The translations under genes were made by a program, and so were the position numbers. The notes below the pieces were generated by a model. It was not told the origin of the DNA, made no database searches, and was given only the letters and a program-made list of their open reading frames with translations. 64,000 nt of DNA, taken from assembly GCA_965649765.1 (NCBI GenBank), contig OZ287749.1, forward strand, positions 10,354,001-10,418,000. The letters run 5' to 3'. Positions 27,201 to 39,200 of this stretch are shown one piece after another (within the stretch, counting starts at the first letter, position 1; the number at the start of each line of letters is the position of its first letter). The DNA is from Bispira polyomma (taxonomy: Eukaryota).

Positions 27201-30200
27201 GAGATAGTGACCTCTAGAGTGGACAGTTGTACATGCTGACAGGTGAGATAGTGACCTCTAGAGTGAACAGTTGTACACCCAGACAGGTGAGATAGTAACC
27301 ACTAAAGTGGACATGTGTACTATTGGTACCACATCCAGACAGGTGAGATATGATCTAGACAAGTGTGGAGATATATGGTCATAAATTCTTGTTTTCATTG
27401 GAGTGCTGTCGGAAAAGATTGTCAGCATGTTTATTATACCCGAGCACACATTCATACAGGTCTCATATATCTTCACACAGCTCCTCTAGGGATTTGCATG
27501 TTTTCACTTTAAGTAAGAGTTTGCACTTGGATTATTTTTTTTTCACCATTAATTCAATCAATCCTTTACTTTTCACTTTTTTCTGATTTTTTTAATCTCT
27601 ATTTTTTCCTTCAGCCTTGTAGATTACACAGCTTTCTATTTGAAGCTTTTTTTTGTATTTCTATGTATGTTTTTTTTTCTGGTTGAGCTCCAGTTTACTG
27701 CTGACAGCTCTCATTTGGCTTCTATTTTTATATATATAATATATCATAAATAAAGTAAATGGAAAGCAAAAAATTTTATACATTGACTAACTTAGAAGTC
27801 TTAATTTTGGTTTAATAAAGTTGGTAAGTGTATTTTTGCATGTCAATAAAATGAGTTTGAAGCAATTAAATAATTGTTAGTTCTTTTGACAATCTTAACT
27901 TCAGTATTATTAACCTGCAACTAAGAGCTTTGTGTATCACAAGGGCCAGTATTCAGAACAAGATTAGTATTCTTTTATGTTTTTGTTTGAGCCAATTAAA
28001 TTGGCTACATACAAATATCGTTTCAGATATTAAATTTGATTAGTTTAGACTTTGAAAATTCTAAGAACTGCATTTGTAAGAATATTTGTGAATATACCAC
28101 CCAGGTTATACTAGAGTACACATTTTCCCCCTGAAACATGCATATGTTTGACCTGTTAGTTTGTCTTCTCTCCACCAGGTGGAGCAGCAGCCTATACGTG
28201 AGGAGCGTCCCCTGATGTACCTCTACTTTGTTCTCTTCATTGTCTTTGGCTCCTTCTTCACGCTCAACCTCTTCATTGGTGTCATCATCGATAACTTTAA
28301 CATGCAGAAGAAAAAGATAAGTATCTCTGCTAATTTTCTACACCTTCAGACTCTGGGCCCGTATTCTCAAAAGTATACTCAGTTTAAACTCATACTCAAC
28401 TCAAATATAGACCATGTGGAAATCATTGTACATGGAAATAACCTATACTTGTGACCATTCATTTTAATAGAGCTTTCAACACAGAATTCAAATATCAAGT
28501 CAGATTTTAGATATATTTACTGTATCTAGAGTTATGGAGAATCCAGATTTGAGTTCAGTGTGAGTTTGAGCTGAGTATACGTTCGAGAATACCAGCCCTG
28601 GTGTGTGTCCTGTCTTAGTGGGGGGGGGGGGGGGGGGGGGGGTGGTTTAGATATAGATCCATATGGTCAGTGATCACATGACATCCATCTAGTGCTGGGC
28701 TGTGAAGTACATGCCAGCTACCACCAGCAGTCACAGAAGAAGTGAACAGGTGGCTTGAAGCCGTTTGCTATGATAAAAGTTCCCCTTTTAGACATTGTCC
28801 TAAATCTACCACAAAATTATACTAGATCCAAGACAAAATTATGGCTTAGCCCTTTTGTGAATCTGTCCTGAATTGGCTTTAATGTTAAATACTTCCGTTT
28901 AAAATTAGGTTTAACTAGTGTCATTGTGCACCCACAGTTGTCTTCATGACAAAGCATACAAGTTAAGTGGAATTATAAAGCCCTGAGTGCCATATGTCTA
29001 ATGATATAGTTTTAATAGAAATATTAGGTGTTATATCTATCAGGAAATATGTATTATTGATTCATAATTGATTTGACATAATAACTTATGGAGGTTGATG
29101 ACAGTTACAAAATGTCTACGAATGTCTGTGGCACCCAATTTGTTAATTTATCAAACTGAACTTGCCTGTAAATATACTGGCGAGAACAAAACCAGGTGGC
29201 CATATTGGTCTTTGTTGTTTGAGCTAAAAACTAAACGGTTTGAACATACCTTATATTGATGCATAAAATTATTATTTTGTTTATTTCAGTGGTTATTTCT
29301 TAGTCTGGGGATTAGTGCATTAAGGTGATAGGGCTCAGGGTGTTATAGGTCTCAAGGTAAAACCACACATCAGCAGGCAAATCCAAGTGGATCTCGCAAA
29401 ATTGGGATCTGCTGTCACTTACCAAAAACTTTGGCTTCCACCCTTCATTTATTTCGGGAGACTGTTGGCTAATAGTTGAAGAAGTTTGAGTTTAGGGATT
29501 TGGATGGTAGTGCCGGAAACTTGTTGTGGGGCGAATCACTTGGCAGTTGACGACAGATTATAATAATATTAACTAACATGGCTAAAGAGAGTGTGGATGC
29601 AGGTCACCATTAATACAAACTGATTTCAAATGAGGCATAAACAGCCTTCAAAATTCTCCCAGGAATATAGTGGTGGCAGATCGAGTAACGCCTGTGTACC
29701 AATTGAAGCCCACCCAGATTGAATATGTGGATATGTCTTTGTAGGAACATCAATTTTGAGTTTTCGTAATTCAGATGTAATAATTGATTCAACAAAATAA
29801 TTGAGTGTGTTTGCCTCATTTGTTAAAACATTGCAATTATTTACAAGGCGGGTGGGTGTCAGGAAAGGTACACAGGCATCAACTGATCCGCCATCACTAG
29901 GTCGAAAATGGGGTGGATTTCAAGAAGTGTTTTCCCGAGAATATAGGTGGTTCTAGAACTCCACACAACCGATCCTCCGATCTACTGTAAAAATGGAGTG
30001 CTTGATTAGACATTAGTCATCAGCTGGTATAAGACATCATTTAACCTTGTAGTCACAATGTATAAGGAAATTCATTGTATCCCTTATTCACAGTTACCAA
30101 CCACAGAATGAGGTTTTCTCAATACCACTCTCTCAAGGAACTGATAGTTTCACCAACATTGTCTTAGTCCTGGTCTCTCCAAGAACAAAATGGCTGCCAC

Positions 30201-33200
30201 AGCCACATCTTTCATCTTTGTGTTAAAAATATTAGTGTTTTGGTCAAATAAGTTTTTCAACCACTAAGAAATACTGTAATACCTACCTCATGAGCATTTT
30301 CAAAAAGTAGGCTTTCCAGTCATGTTTTGGTAGCTATAAGATGTTTTAGGGTCTGTAGCTAAGTGCATACATGTCATTTTGAGTACTCAATATCTCATTA
30401 AATGAGTAATTAATTATCTTTTACCATTAACAGATCTATGGTCAAGGGAATACTGAGTATTTATGAAGTTGTATATGTTTTTGAGTCAGCTGACAAAGTT
30501 GCTCACTTTTTCCCATGGGGCTGCGTTTCATTGTACATGTGTCTGAGTACGCATCAAGATCTTCTTTTCTGAAACTTCTTCTTCTTTGGCATTCTTCTTC
30601 CCCAGACCCACTGAAAGGATCAGTCTGAAATTTTGCACACATATACCTTACCACATATATATTAAAATATGTTCATGGCAAATTTCTTAGATTTTTTGAT
30701 TTTATGTTAGGAATTATTTTTTCAAATCCATCAAATGTCAAATATCTCATTAGCTATTGCGTTTAGACTCTTTGAATGTATTATGAGCATATAAGAAACC
30801 AGGGTCAGAGAATCTAGTCGGATTTGACCTGTGACCTTGGGTTTAAGGTCAAACATAGGTCAGAAAGGTCAATTTCCAGTATTCTAAAAAGGTATTACTT
30901 ATAATGCCATAGAAGTGGCTGGAATATCTTTGTAGGTCTCAGCAAAGTTATTAATACAGTTTTGTACCATATAGATCTGTTTAAAGGTCACTATCATGAC
31001 CCTCAAAGGGATAAATTTTCATGTTTTTATTCTTTCATGTAGTAATTCTTGAAACATTGCTTTGTACCTTATATGAATGGTTTTTCAACTCTGCAGAGGA
31101 GGCTGATACTAAGCCCGTTCGGGCATTCAGTTTTTGTTTATTGTATGTAAAGATTTGAAATATGAAAACAGCTTACCAGAAACCATTGCGTGGAATTTAT
31201 TATTGTCCAGCTAACATCCAACCCAAACATGTTCTATTGTTGGCCCTGGTATTGTGACATTCATACACCATATAAACAGTAAAGTTTACAATATCTTTGC
31301 TGGTGTTGTCTTGACAAGTTAGAGCAGGCGACCTGTACAAATTAGGATATGCAATCCATATAATTAGAATTAGAAATAAAGTTAGAGTATACAACCTGTA
31401 CAAAGCTACTCCTTCAGCTATAGAGAGTATATCCTCCCTAGTCGTGTTCTGACCTCTCCAAGGTCAAGTATGGAATCTAATGTTCGCCACTTTGTCTGAA
31501 ATTCACCAACCTTAAACTTTAAGCCAAATCAAAAAAAAAATGGCGAAAAATAACTGGAATTTAGGTAAGTATGGCAAAATAATTATGAAAATCTGAATTG
31601 TCGGCACAAAACACAATACTTTCTAGGTGGCAAATTTCAGATACAGTGGCAAATTTTAGATTTATAATTACTCTTTTGTGACTCAGAAAATCTCTAGTAA
31701 AGAGATGGACCAGATACAGTAGAAATAAAGTAGATTCGAAGTGTAGACGATCTTATGGTATTACCCCTGAGCTTCCAGTGCGAAGAAGGCTTATTAGTTA
31801 GTATTCAGTCCACTCTACACACAGTCTGTCATAAACAATATAATATTGTGTAAGCAGTGGTTGTAAACAGTCGGGTCCCCACGTATATACCTGTAATGTA
31901 TTTTGTACACAAATTCTCCTTCTATATTTTCATTGTTTTCTGACTTATAAGGTAGGTAACACTGACAATATATCCGTGTTGTGTGGTTCTTTTTTCATCT
32001 TTATTATATAATAACAACAAGATATTCAGCACCACCATTTTTTAAATGTTTATCTCTCCCCCCTCCAAAAAAAAAACTCACACAAGAAAACAGTCATATA
32101 TTTTGGAGACTTAGTAAAGTTTTAAGAGAGTTCACGTGTGTGGTTCGTCCAGTACACTTTGTATATAAAGAGTCATCATGCCAATGTACCAAGAAAGTAA
32201 CCGTCCTAAACCCAAGAACAAACTTATAAATTGTCAATTTGCATTTATAATACAGCACTTTTTTTCAAAGTGCTCTACACAGTTTTTACCCCAAGCCTGG
32301 GTTCTTTTGTCAACCAACTGTTAACTCTGAGCTCCCTATAAGGGAGCATACTATACCAGTATAGCCATGCTGCCACATACGGCACAAAGTCACTAACACT
32401 CATTAGCAGCCCAAATTACCCATGATTTATACAAGTTTGCCAGGAAACAGAATCCAGACAATATACCTCAATATGTTACTACCATACTGTTGAGATACCA
32501 TACTGTATTTCTAATATATTACTGTCCCATTCACATAATAACATGCCCGATGCAGTTATAGTAGAAAATAGAGTATTTTTACCCCTGTACAAATTCAGTA
32601 TGATCCTTAGCTCCTCCTCATTCATGATTTCCGTGTTTTCTTGTAGCTGTTATATTTCTATGATTACATATATCTTGCACATATTTTAGCCTGCCCATTA
32701 TCTTTGGTTGTATTCTTTTACTTTTAGAAACCGTAGCTGCATGGTAGCCTTTCAAAACTTTTCTTGTAAACATTTTTTCTTTTAAAAAAAAAAAATGGAT
32801 CAATATAATTCAGGTTATCTACAGGTTTATATATTGATTGACCTATATAGCATGTCAACAATCATTACAGGACAATGATAAATATTGTACTGTACATGCA
32901 ATATGTAAACACACTGTAGATGTAAATAGAATACTCTACAAATGTAATTTATATGATCAGTGAGGAAAAATCAATACTGCTAGGCATCTAGTTGCTGTGT
33001 ATATATGGACTATTAGGCCTTGGCCTTTTAGCTGATACAACTTTTAGGTGATTGAAGTTGAATATTACAATATTGAATGCTAGAGGCTCGTTAAAATTGG
33101 CTCTTTTGTCTGAGTTGCAAGGTATTAGTGATGGATTTGACTACCAAGTATATGCTATGATAGCTGTCATATCTCTGGATTATTTTATACATTTGGTTCT

Positions 33201-36200
33201 TTTTTTAGATTGTCTGGTAGTTAAAGAATTTAAATCTTAAATCATGACATCTTCCTCAAAGTGAGAGAATGAAATACATTTAGCAATCAATTTTAGCGCC
33301 TTAGAATTTAATTTAATGCCTTGGAATTTGATAACATTTTGTGCATTACAATTTAATATAATTTTGTGTCTTAAAAGCTTAATTCATATAATAAATAGAA
33401 TGAGCGCGCAAAAGTTTGATGATAATAAGAATATGTAAAGTCCAGGGTGTCCAGAAAAGGTGTCAAAGTCAGAAAGGGGGGGAATGTGACTGTTTATGTT
33501 GGGAAAGCAGAAGGAAAAAGTCGTATGGAACTGATGAAGGTAGTTCCAACATGACCATGAATTCCATACAGTAGGAGCAGTGAAAGAAAACGTCCAGACT
33601 AACAGTTGAAGGATTTGTGTTTCCTGTGATACTGTTTTGACAGTCGAGCAAAACTGAATAAGTGCCAAAAATAACTAACAATATGCTCAAATTGAACATT
33701 TATCATCTAGAATGAACCTTGTTCACCTATTGTCTCAGATAGCTCCTATCTGGTAAATGATTTGTAACACCAAAGCTTTATTCAAACTTCAAGTAAAACA
33801 CCATTGCTTATATTTAAATGGTCACAACTCTGTCACAATACGAAAACTTTCATTGAGTGAATATTTTGACCCGAAAAAAAATATAAACATGCACTACAAA
33901 AAAATCCTTTTTGTCCAGAAACAGTTTATTTTTGGTGTCAGATTTTTAACAATTGAAGACTCACAAAAACTAAATGTAGCTATAATTAAATTATATAGAA
34001 AAGGTTATATATTTTCATGTAGATGTAGAAACTCCAGTGGTTAGTGATTTCTGAAGACAAATCACATGTCATATAGCTTGTCTGTGTTTGATGGGGTTCA
34101 AGTGTTCTGATTCCACAGCAATGCATTGCATTCACCTTATGGCTATTATTAATAGCACAAGTTAGTACCAGTGCAGTCCTAAAAACCTAAAAGTCCTTAA
34201 GTCCTAAAACAATCAGGACCTTATAATATACTCATAAAGCTTTTAGAGAAGTCACTTGATTGGCCAGGCTCAACAAGTTCAGTCATATCACCCCAATGCC
34301 ATCTCTACACCAGGTTCCATTATATTAGATATCACAGTGCTTTCAACAACACTGCAAACTGTTGCCATATAAATTTTCTGAACACTAGTATGCCAAACTA
34401 TTTCCAGCCCTCCAGTGGGCCATTTTAAACAGAGATTTAAACAATAAATATTTGCAGGTCTCTACTACATGTCGACCCAAACTACTTGCTATTCATTGAT
34501 CCACTCGCTAGTAGTAATTGAGACACGAACAGCCCCCCAACACTCGATAGCTTTAAAAGAGAATGCTCAAAACCTACTTGTTTGGAAAAGCCTTCCCACT
34601 TTGGTATCGCTACCAAACACTGAGGATATATTGGTTAGGAACCTTTTTACATCCCATTTTACACAATATCTGGTTCATGTTTTGGATGGTGTGCCTTAGA
34701 ATCCCCTATATATATATAGTACAGAGATTAAGCAAATGGTTACCAAGTTGACTCATGGACTGTTGTTCTGTCCCCTAGACCCTAGTGATTACTATCTATT
34801 GTGCCCACGTCATTACCATAGCCATTACTATTACCCCCGACCCGCCTTGTCCTGTCGTCCACTGCTAACTGCTGTACAACTGCCGACTGCTTCAGCTTTC
34901 TGTGGGTGTCTGTTGCATGTGTTTACCTCTCTGGTAGCCAATGATGCTACCTCTGTATATGTAGTGGTTTAGTTTTACTTTCTTTGCTTCACCAAGTATG
35001 TTTTGGGTTTTTTACGCAGGAGGTTCACTGGAAATGTTTATGACGGAAGATCAGAAGAAATACTACAATGCCATGAAGAAACTGGGCTCCAAACAACCAC
35101 AGAAACCCATCCCCAAACCAAAGGTAAGTAGTCTAAGGCATTTCTAAATCCAGCCTAAGGCATGTAACCCATCCCTGAACCCATGGTGATAAGTGTAACC
35201 CATCCCTAAACCCAAGTTAAGACATGTAACCCATCCCTAAACCCAAGATAATGAGTGTAACCCATCCCTAAACCCAAGGTAAGCAGTGTAACCCATCCCT
35301 AAACCCAAGGTAAGCAGTGTAACCCATCCCTAAACCCAAGGTAAGCAGAGTAACCCATCCCTAAACCCATAGTAAGCAGTGTAACCCATCCCTAAACCCA
35401 TGGTAAGCATTGTAACCCATCCCTCAACCCAAGGTAAGGCATGTAACCTATCTCTAAACCAAAGGTAATGAGTGCCACCCATCCCTAAACCCACGTTGAG
35501 GATTGTAGCCCATCCCTAAACCCAAGTTAAGGTATGTAACCCATCCCTAAACCCAAGTTAAGGAGTGTAACCCATCCCTAAACCAAAGTTAAGGTGTGTA
35601 ACCCATCCCTAAACCCACGTAAAGGAGTGTAATCCATCCCTAAACCCAAGTTAAGGTATGTAACCCATCCCTAAACCCAAGTTAAGGAGTGTAACCCATC
35701 CCTAAACCCAAGTTAAGGTGTGTAACCCATCCCTAAATCCACATTTAGGAGTGTAACCCATCCCTAAACCAAAGTTAAGGTGTGTAACCCATCCCTAAAC
35801 CCACGTTAAGGGGTGTAACCCATCCCTAAACCCAAGCTAAGGTGTGTAACTCATCCCTAAATCCACGTTAAGGAGTGTAACCCATCCCTAAACCAAAGTT
35901 AAGGTGTGTAACCCATCCCTAACACACGACAAAGCATGGTATACACAGAATTTTACCATGATTCAAGGTTTAGGCCCACGAAGGCGGAGCCTGAGTGGGT
36001 TTAATCTTTGAAGAATAGTAAAATTCCACAAAAACCATGCTTTGGAGTGTGTTATTCCTATTTTAATGTGACAAAATAATAAAAAAGATAAAACTAACTT
36101 CAAATTTATAAAATAATCGTCTGTTTCAGTTATAAACGTACACAAACACCAGCTGTTCCATCTTACTTACATTTGCATCCACTACTGATGGAACAGCCAT

Positions 36201-39200
36201 GAGTATATGCAGAATTTTACCGAGGCTTTTAGCCAATCAGAATCATGGACACAGCCATATCATGTTAGAATAATGCTTTAAACTGTTGGTCTGTGTACAT
36301 GTGTGTAGCCTGTTGTAGACTAACTATCAGTATATTCCCTTCTGTTTGTAGCTCAAGTGCCAGCTGTTTTTCTTCAAAGTGACCACCAACCAGAAGTTTG
36401 ACATTGCCATCATGCTGGTGATTATGATGAACATGTTGATTATGGCTTTGGAACACTACGAGATGGATGAGGACTTCAAGGCAGCCGTGTCGTACATTAA
36501 CATCGTCTTTATAGGCATCTTTACACTGGAGTGTGCCATGAAGCTACTGGGTCTCAGACACTACTACTTCAAACAGCCCTGGAACGTCTTTGACTTTGTG
36601 GTGGTCATCTTCTCCTTACTGGGTGAGTTACACAATTGGGTGACATAGCTAGGGGATATAACTAGGTAACATAACTAGGGGACATAACTAGGTGACAATA
36701 GTAGGTGACATAGCTAGGGGACATAACTAGTTGACATAACTAGGTGACATAACTAGGGGACATAACTAGGAGACATAACCAGGTGACATACATTCCGCTG
36801 GAGAAGCTGGCCGAGTTCGTGGACACACTGGAGGAGCCGCTGAGAATTGCCGCGCCCAACCTCTACAAGCTTATCTTCCTGGACATTGTGATCTGCGAGG
36901 ACGACCGTGTACACTGTGTGGACATTCTGGACGCCCTTACCAAGCACTTCCTAGGGACTGGCAGGGACACTGGTACTGTCACCCTGACAGGGCCCACCCG
37001 CAAGGACTACGTCCCCATCTGCAATTTGCTCAAACGGCAGCGCGAGATCGTGTGCGTCACACAGCGCACGTGGAAGAACCATGTGAGGATCCGGCGGGAG
37101 CAGCGGCAACATAACTAGGTGACATAACTAGATAACATAACTAGGGGACATAACTAGGTGACATAACTAGGGGACATAACTAGGTGACACAAGCAGGTGA
37201 TATACTGGCTACATGCTAGGTTACATAGCTAGGTTATAGGGCTAGATGACATAACTAGGTGACAGAGCTAGGTATCATACTGGTTATAGAGCTAGGTTAG
37301 ATAACTAGGTATTATACATTGGTTATGGAGCTAGGTTATACATTGGTTATAGAGCTAGGTTAGATAACTAGGTATTTGACTGGTTATGGAGCTAGGTTAT
37401 ACATTGGTTATATAGCTAGGTTATACATTGGTTATAGAGCTAGGTTATACATTGGTTATATAGCTAGGTTATACATTGGTTATAGGGCTAGGTTATACAT
37501 TGGTTATATAGCTAGGTTATACATTGGTTATAGAGCTAGGTTTTACATTGGTTATAGAGCTAGGTTATACATTGGTTACAGAGCTAGGTTATACATTGGT
37601 TACAAAGCTAGGTTATACATTGGTTATGGAGCTAGGTTTTACATTGGTTAAAGCCCAGTCACACCTACACATGCTATCGTCCCACAACATAGCAAAGCAA
37701 TAAATCTAAAAGTGTCAAAGTGACGTCATTTTGACAAAAGTGCAATCGATTGTGACATTTGTGAGGTTTTTGTGACGATGTTGGTACTTGTACACACAGA
37801 ACGGGAGAAAATCGAAGACTTGACTGGTAGGAAATCACTACCTACTAGTATGTAGCGCTACTGTACTGATACTTATGGCTGCGTTCTAGTGCGTTATGAT
37901 GCCTAATAAAACGTTCCACGATGAATACAGACGAGTGAAGACAAATCACTACTTCTTGCTACTTACACAGATGAGTGGACAAGTCCTTGAGAGCTCTGTC
38001 GGGATTATTTCAAACAGTTTGAAATGATCGTGGTAGCAGACCAAACGGAGACGTTTCCGGAATGATAACATCCATTAAGCAACGTCCAGAAACAAACGCA
38101 CCAGGGATCCTCACTTTTGCATAACTTTCTATTACGTCTGTACTAGGTTTCTAAACAATTGAAAACGTCACACACACGTAGCTCCAGCACGTGTAGGTGT
38201 GACTGGACTATTATAGAGCTAGGTTATACATTGGTTACATAGCTAGGTTATATATTGGTTACATTTTGTATAGAAGCATTTATACAGCCATTGATCTATC
38301 ATCCATAGCCTTGGTCATCATCAATAGTCAAATGGCGTGTCCCCACCTTGTCCAAGGATGTTATCACCCAGTGAACCTTGTGGCATGTGGGATTCGAACC
38401 AGGCCATGGGAGACCACAAAACTAGGTCATGTACTGGTTGCACTTATTTTAATTTTATAACCATATCATTACCACACACTCCCATCACATTTATTAATCT
38501 TTGTAATCTTATTTTAGCTCTGGCTCTTGACGACCTTATCAAGGACATCTAATAATCTCTGTAATGCTGTCTATTTTCAGCCCTGGCTCTTGACGACTTT
38601 ATCAAGGACACCCATTTATCTCTGTAATGCTGTCTGTTTTCAGCTCTTGCCCTTGAAGACCTGGTCAAGGACACCCATTTATCTCTGTAATACCGTCTGT
38701 TTTTGGCTCTTGCCACATCCATTAATCTCTGTAATACCATCTGTTTTCAACTCTTGCCCTTAACGACCTGATCAAGGACATCCATTAATATCTGTAACAC
38801 CGTCTGTTTTCAGCTCTTGTCCTTGACAACCTTATCAAGAACATCCATTACTTTCTATAATACTGTCTCTTTTTCAGCTCTTGCCCTTGACGACCTTCTC
38901 AAGGACATCCATTAATCCCTATAATACCATCTGTTTTTAGCTCTTGCCCTTAACGACCTTATCAAGGACATCCATAACTCTTTGTAATACCATCTCTGTT
39001 TTCAGCTCTTGCCCTTGACGACCTTCTCAAGGACAACCATTAATCCCCATAATACCATCTGTTTTTAGCTCTTGCCCTTAACGACATTATCAAGGACCTG
39101 TTTGTGTCTCCCACCTTGCTGCGTGTGGTGCGTGTGTTCCGTGTGGGGCGTGTCCTCCGCCTGGTGAAGTCTGCCAAAGGGATCAGGACGCTGCTCTTCT

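Noticed and set aside
26358-27350. Regular arrays resembling CRISPR (also 59520-60580, 63400-64000)
   Set aside because: Head-to-tail units without unique spacers, eukaryotic intronic context, no cas genes.
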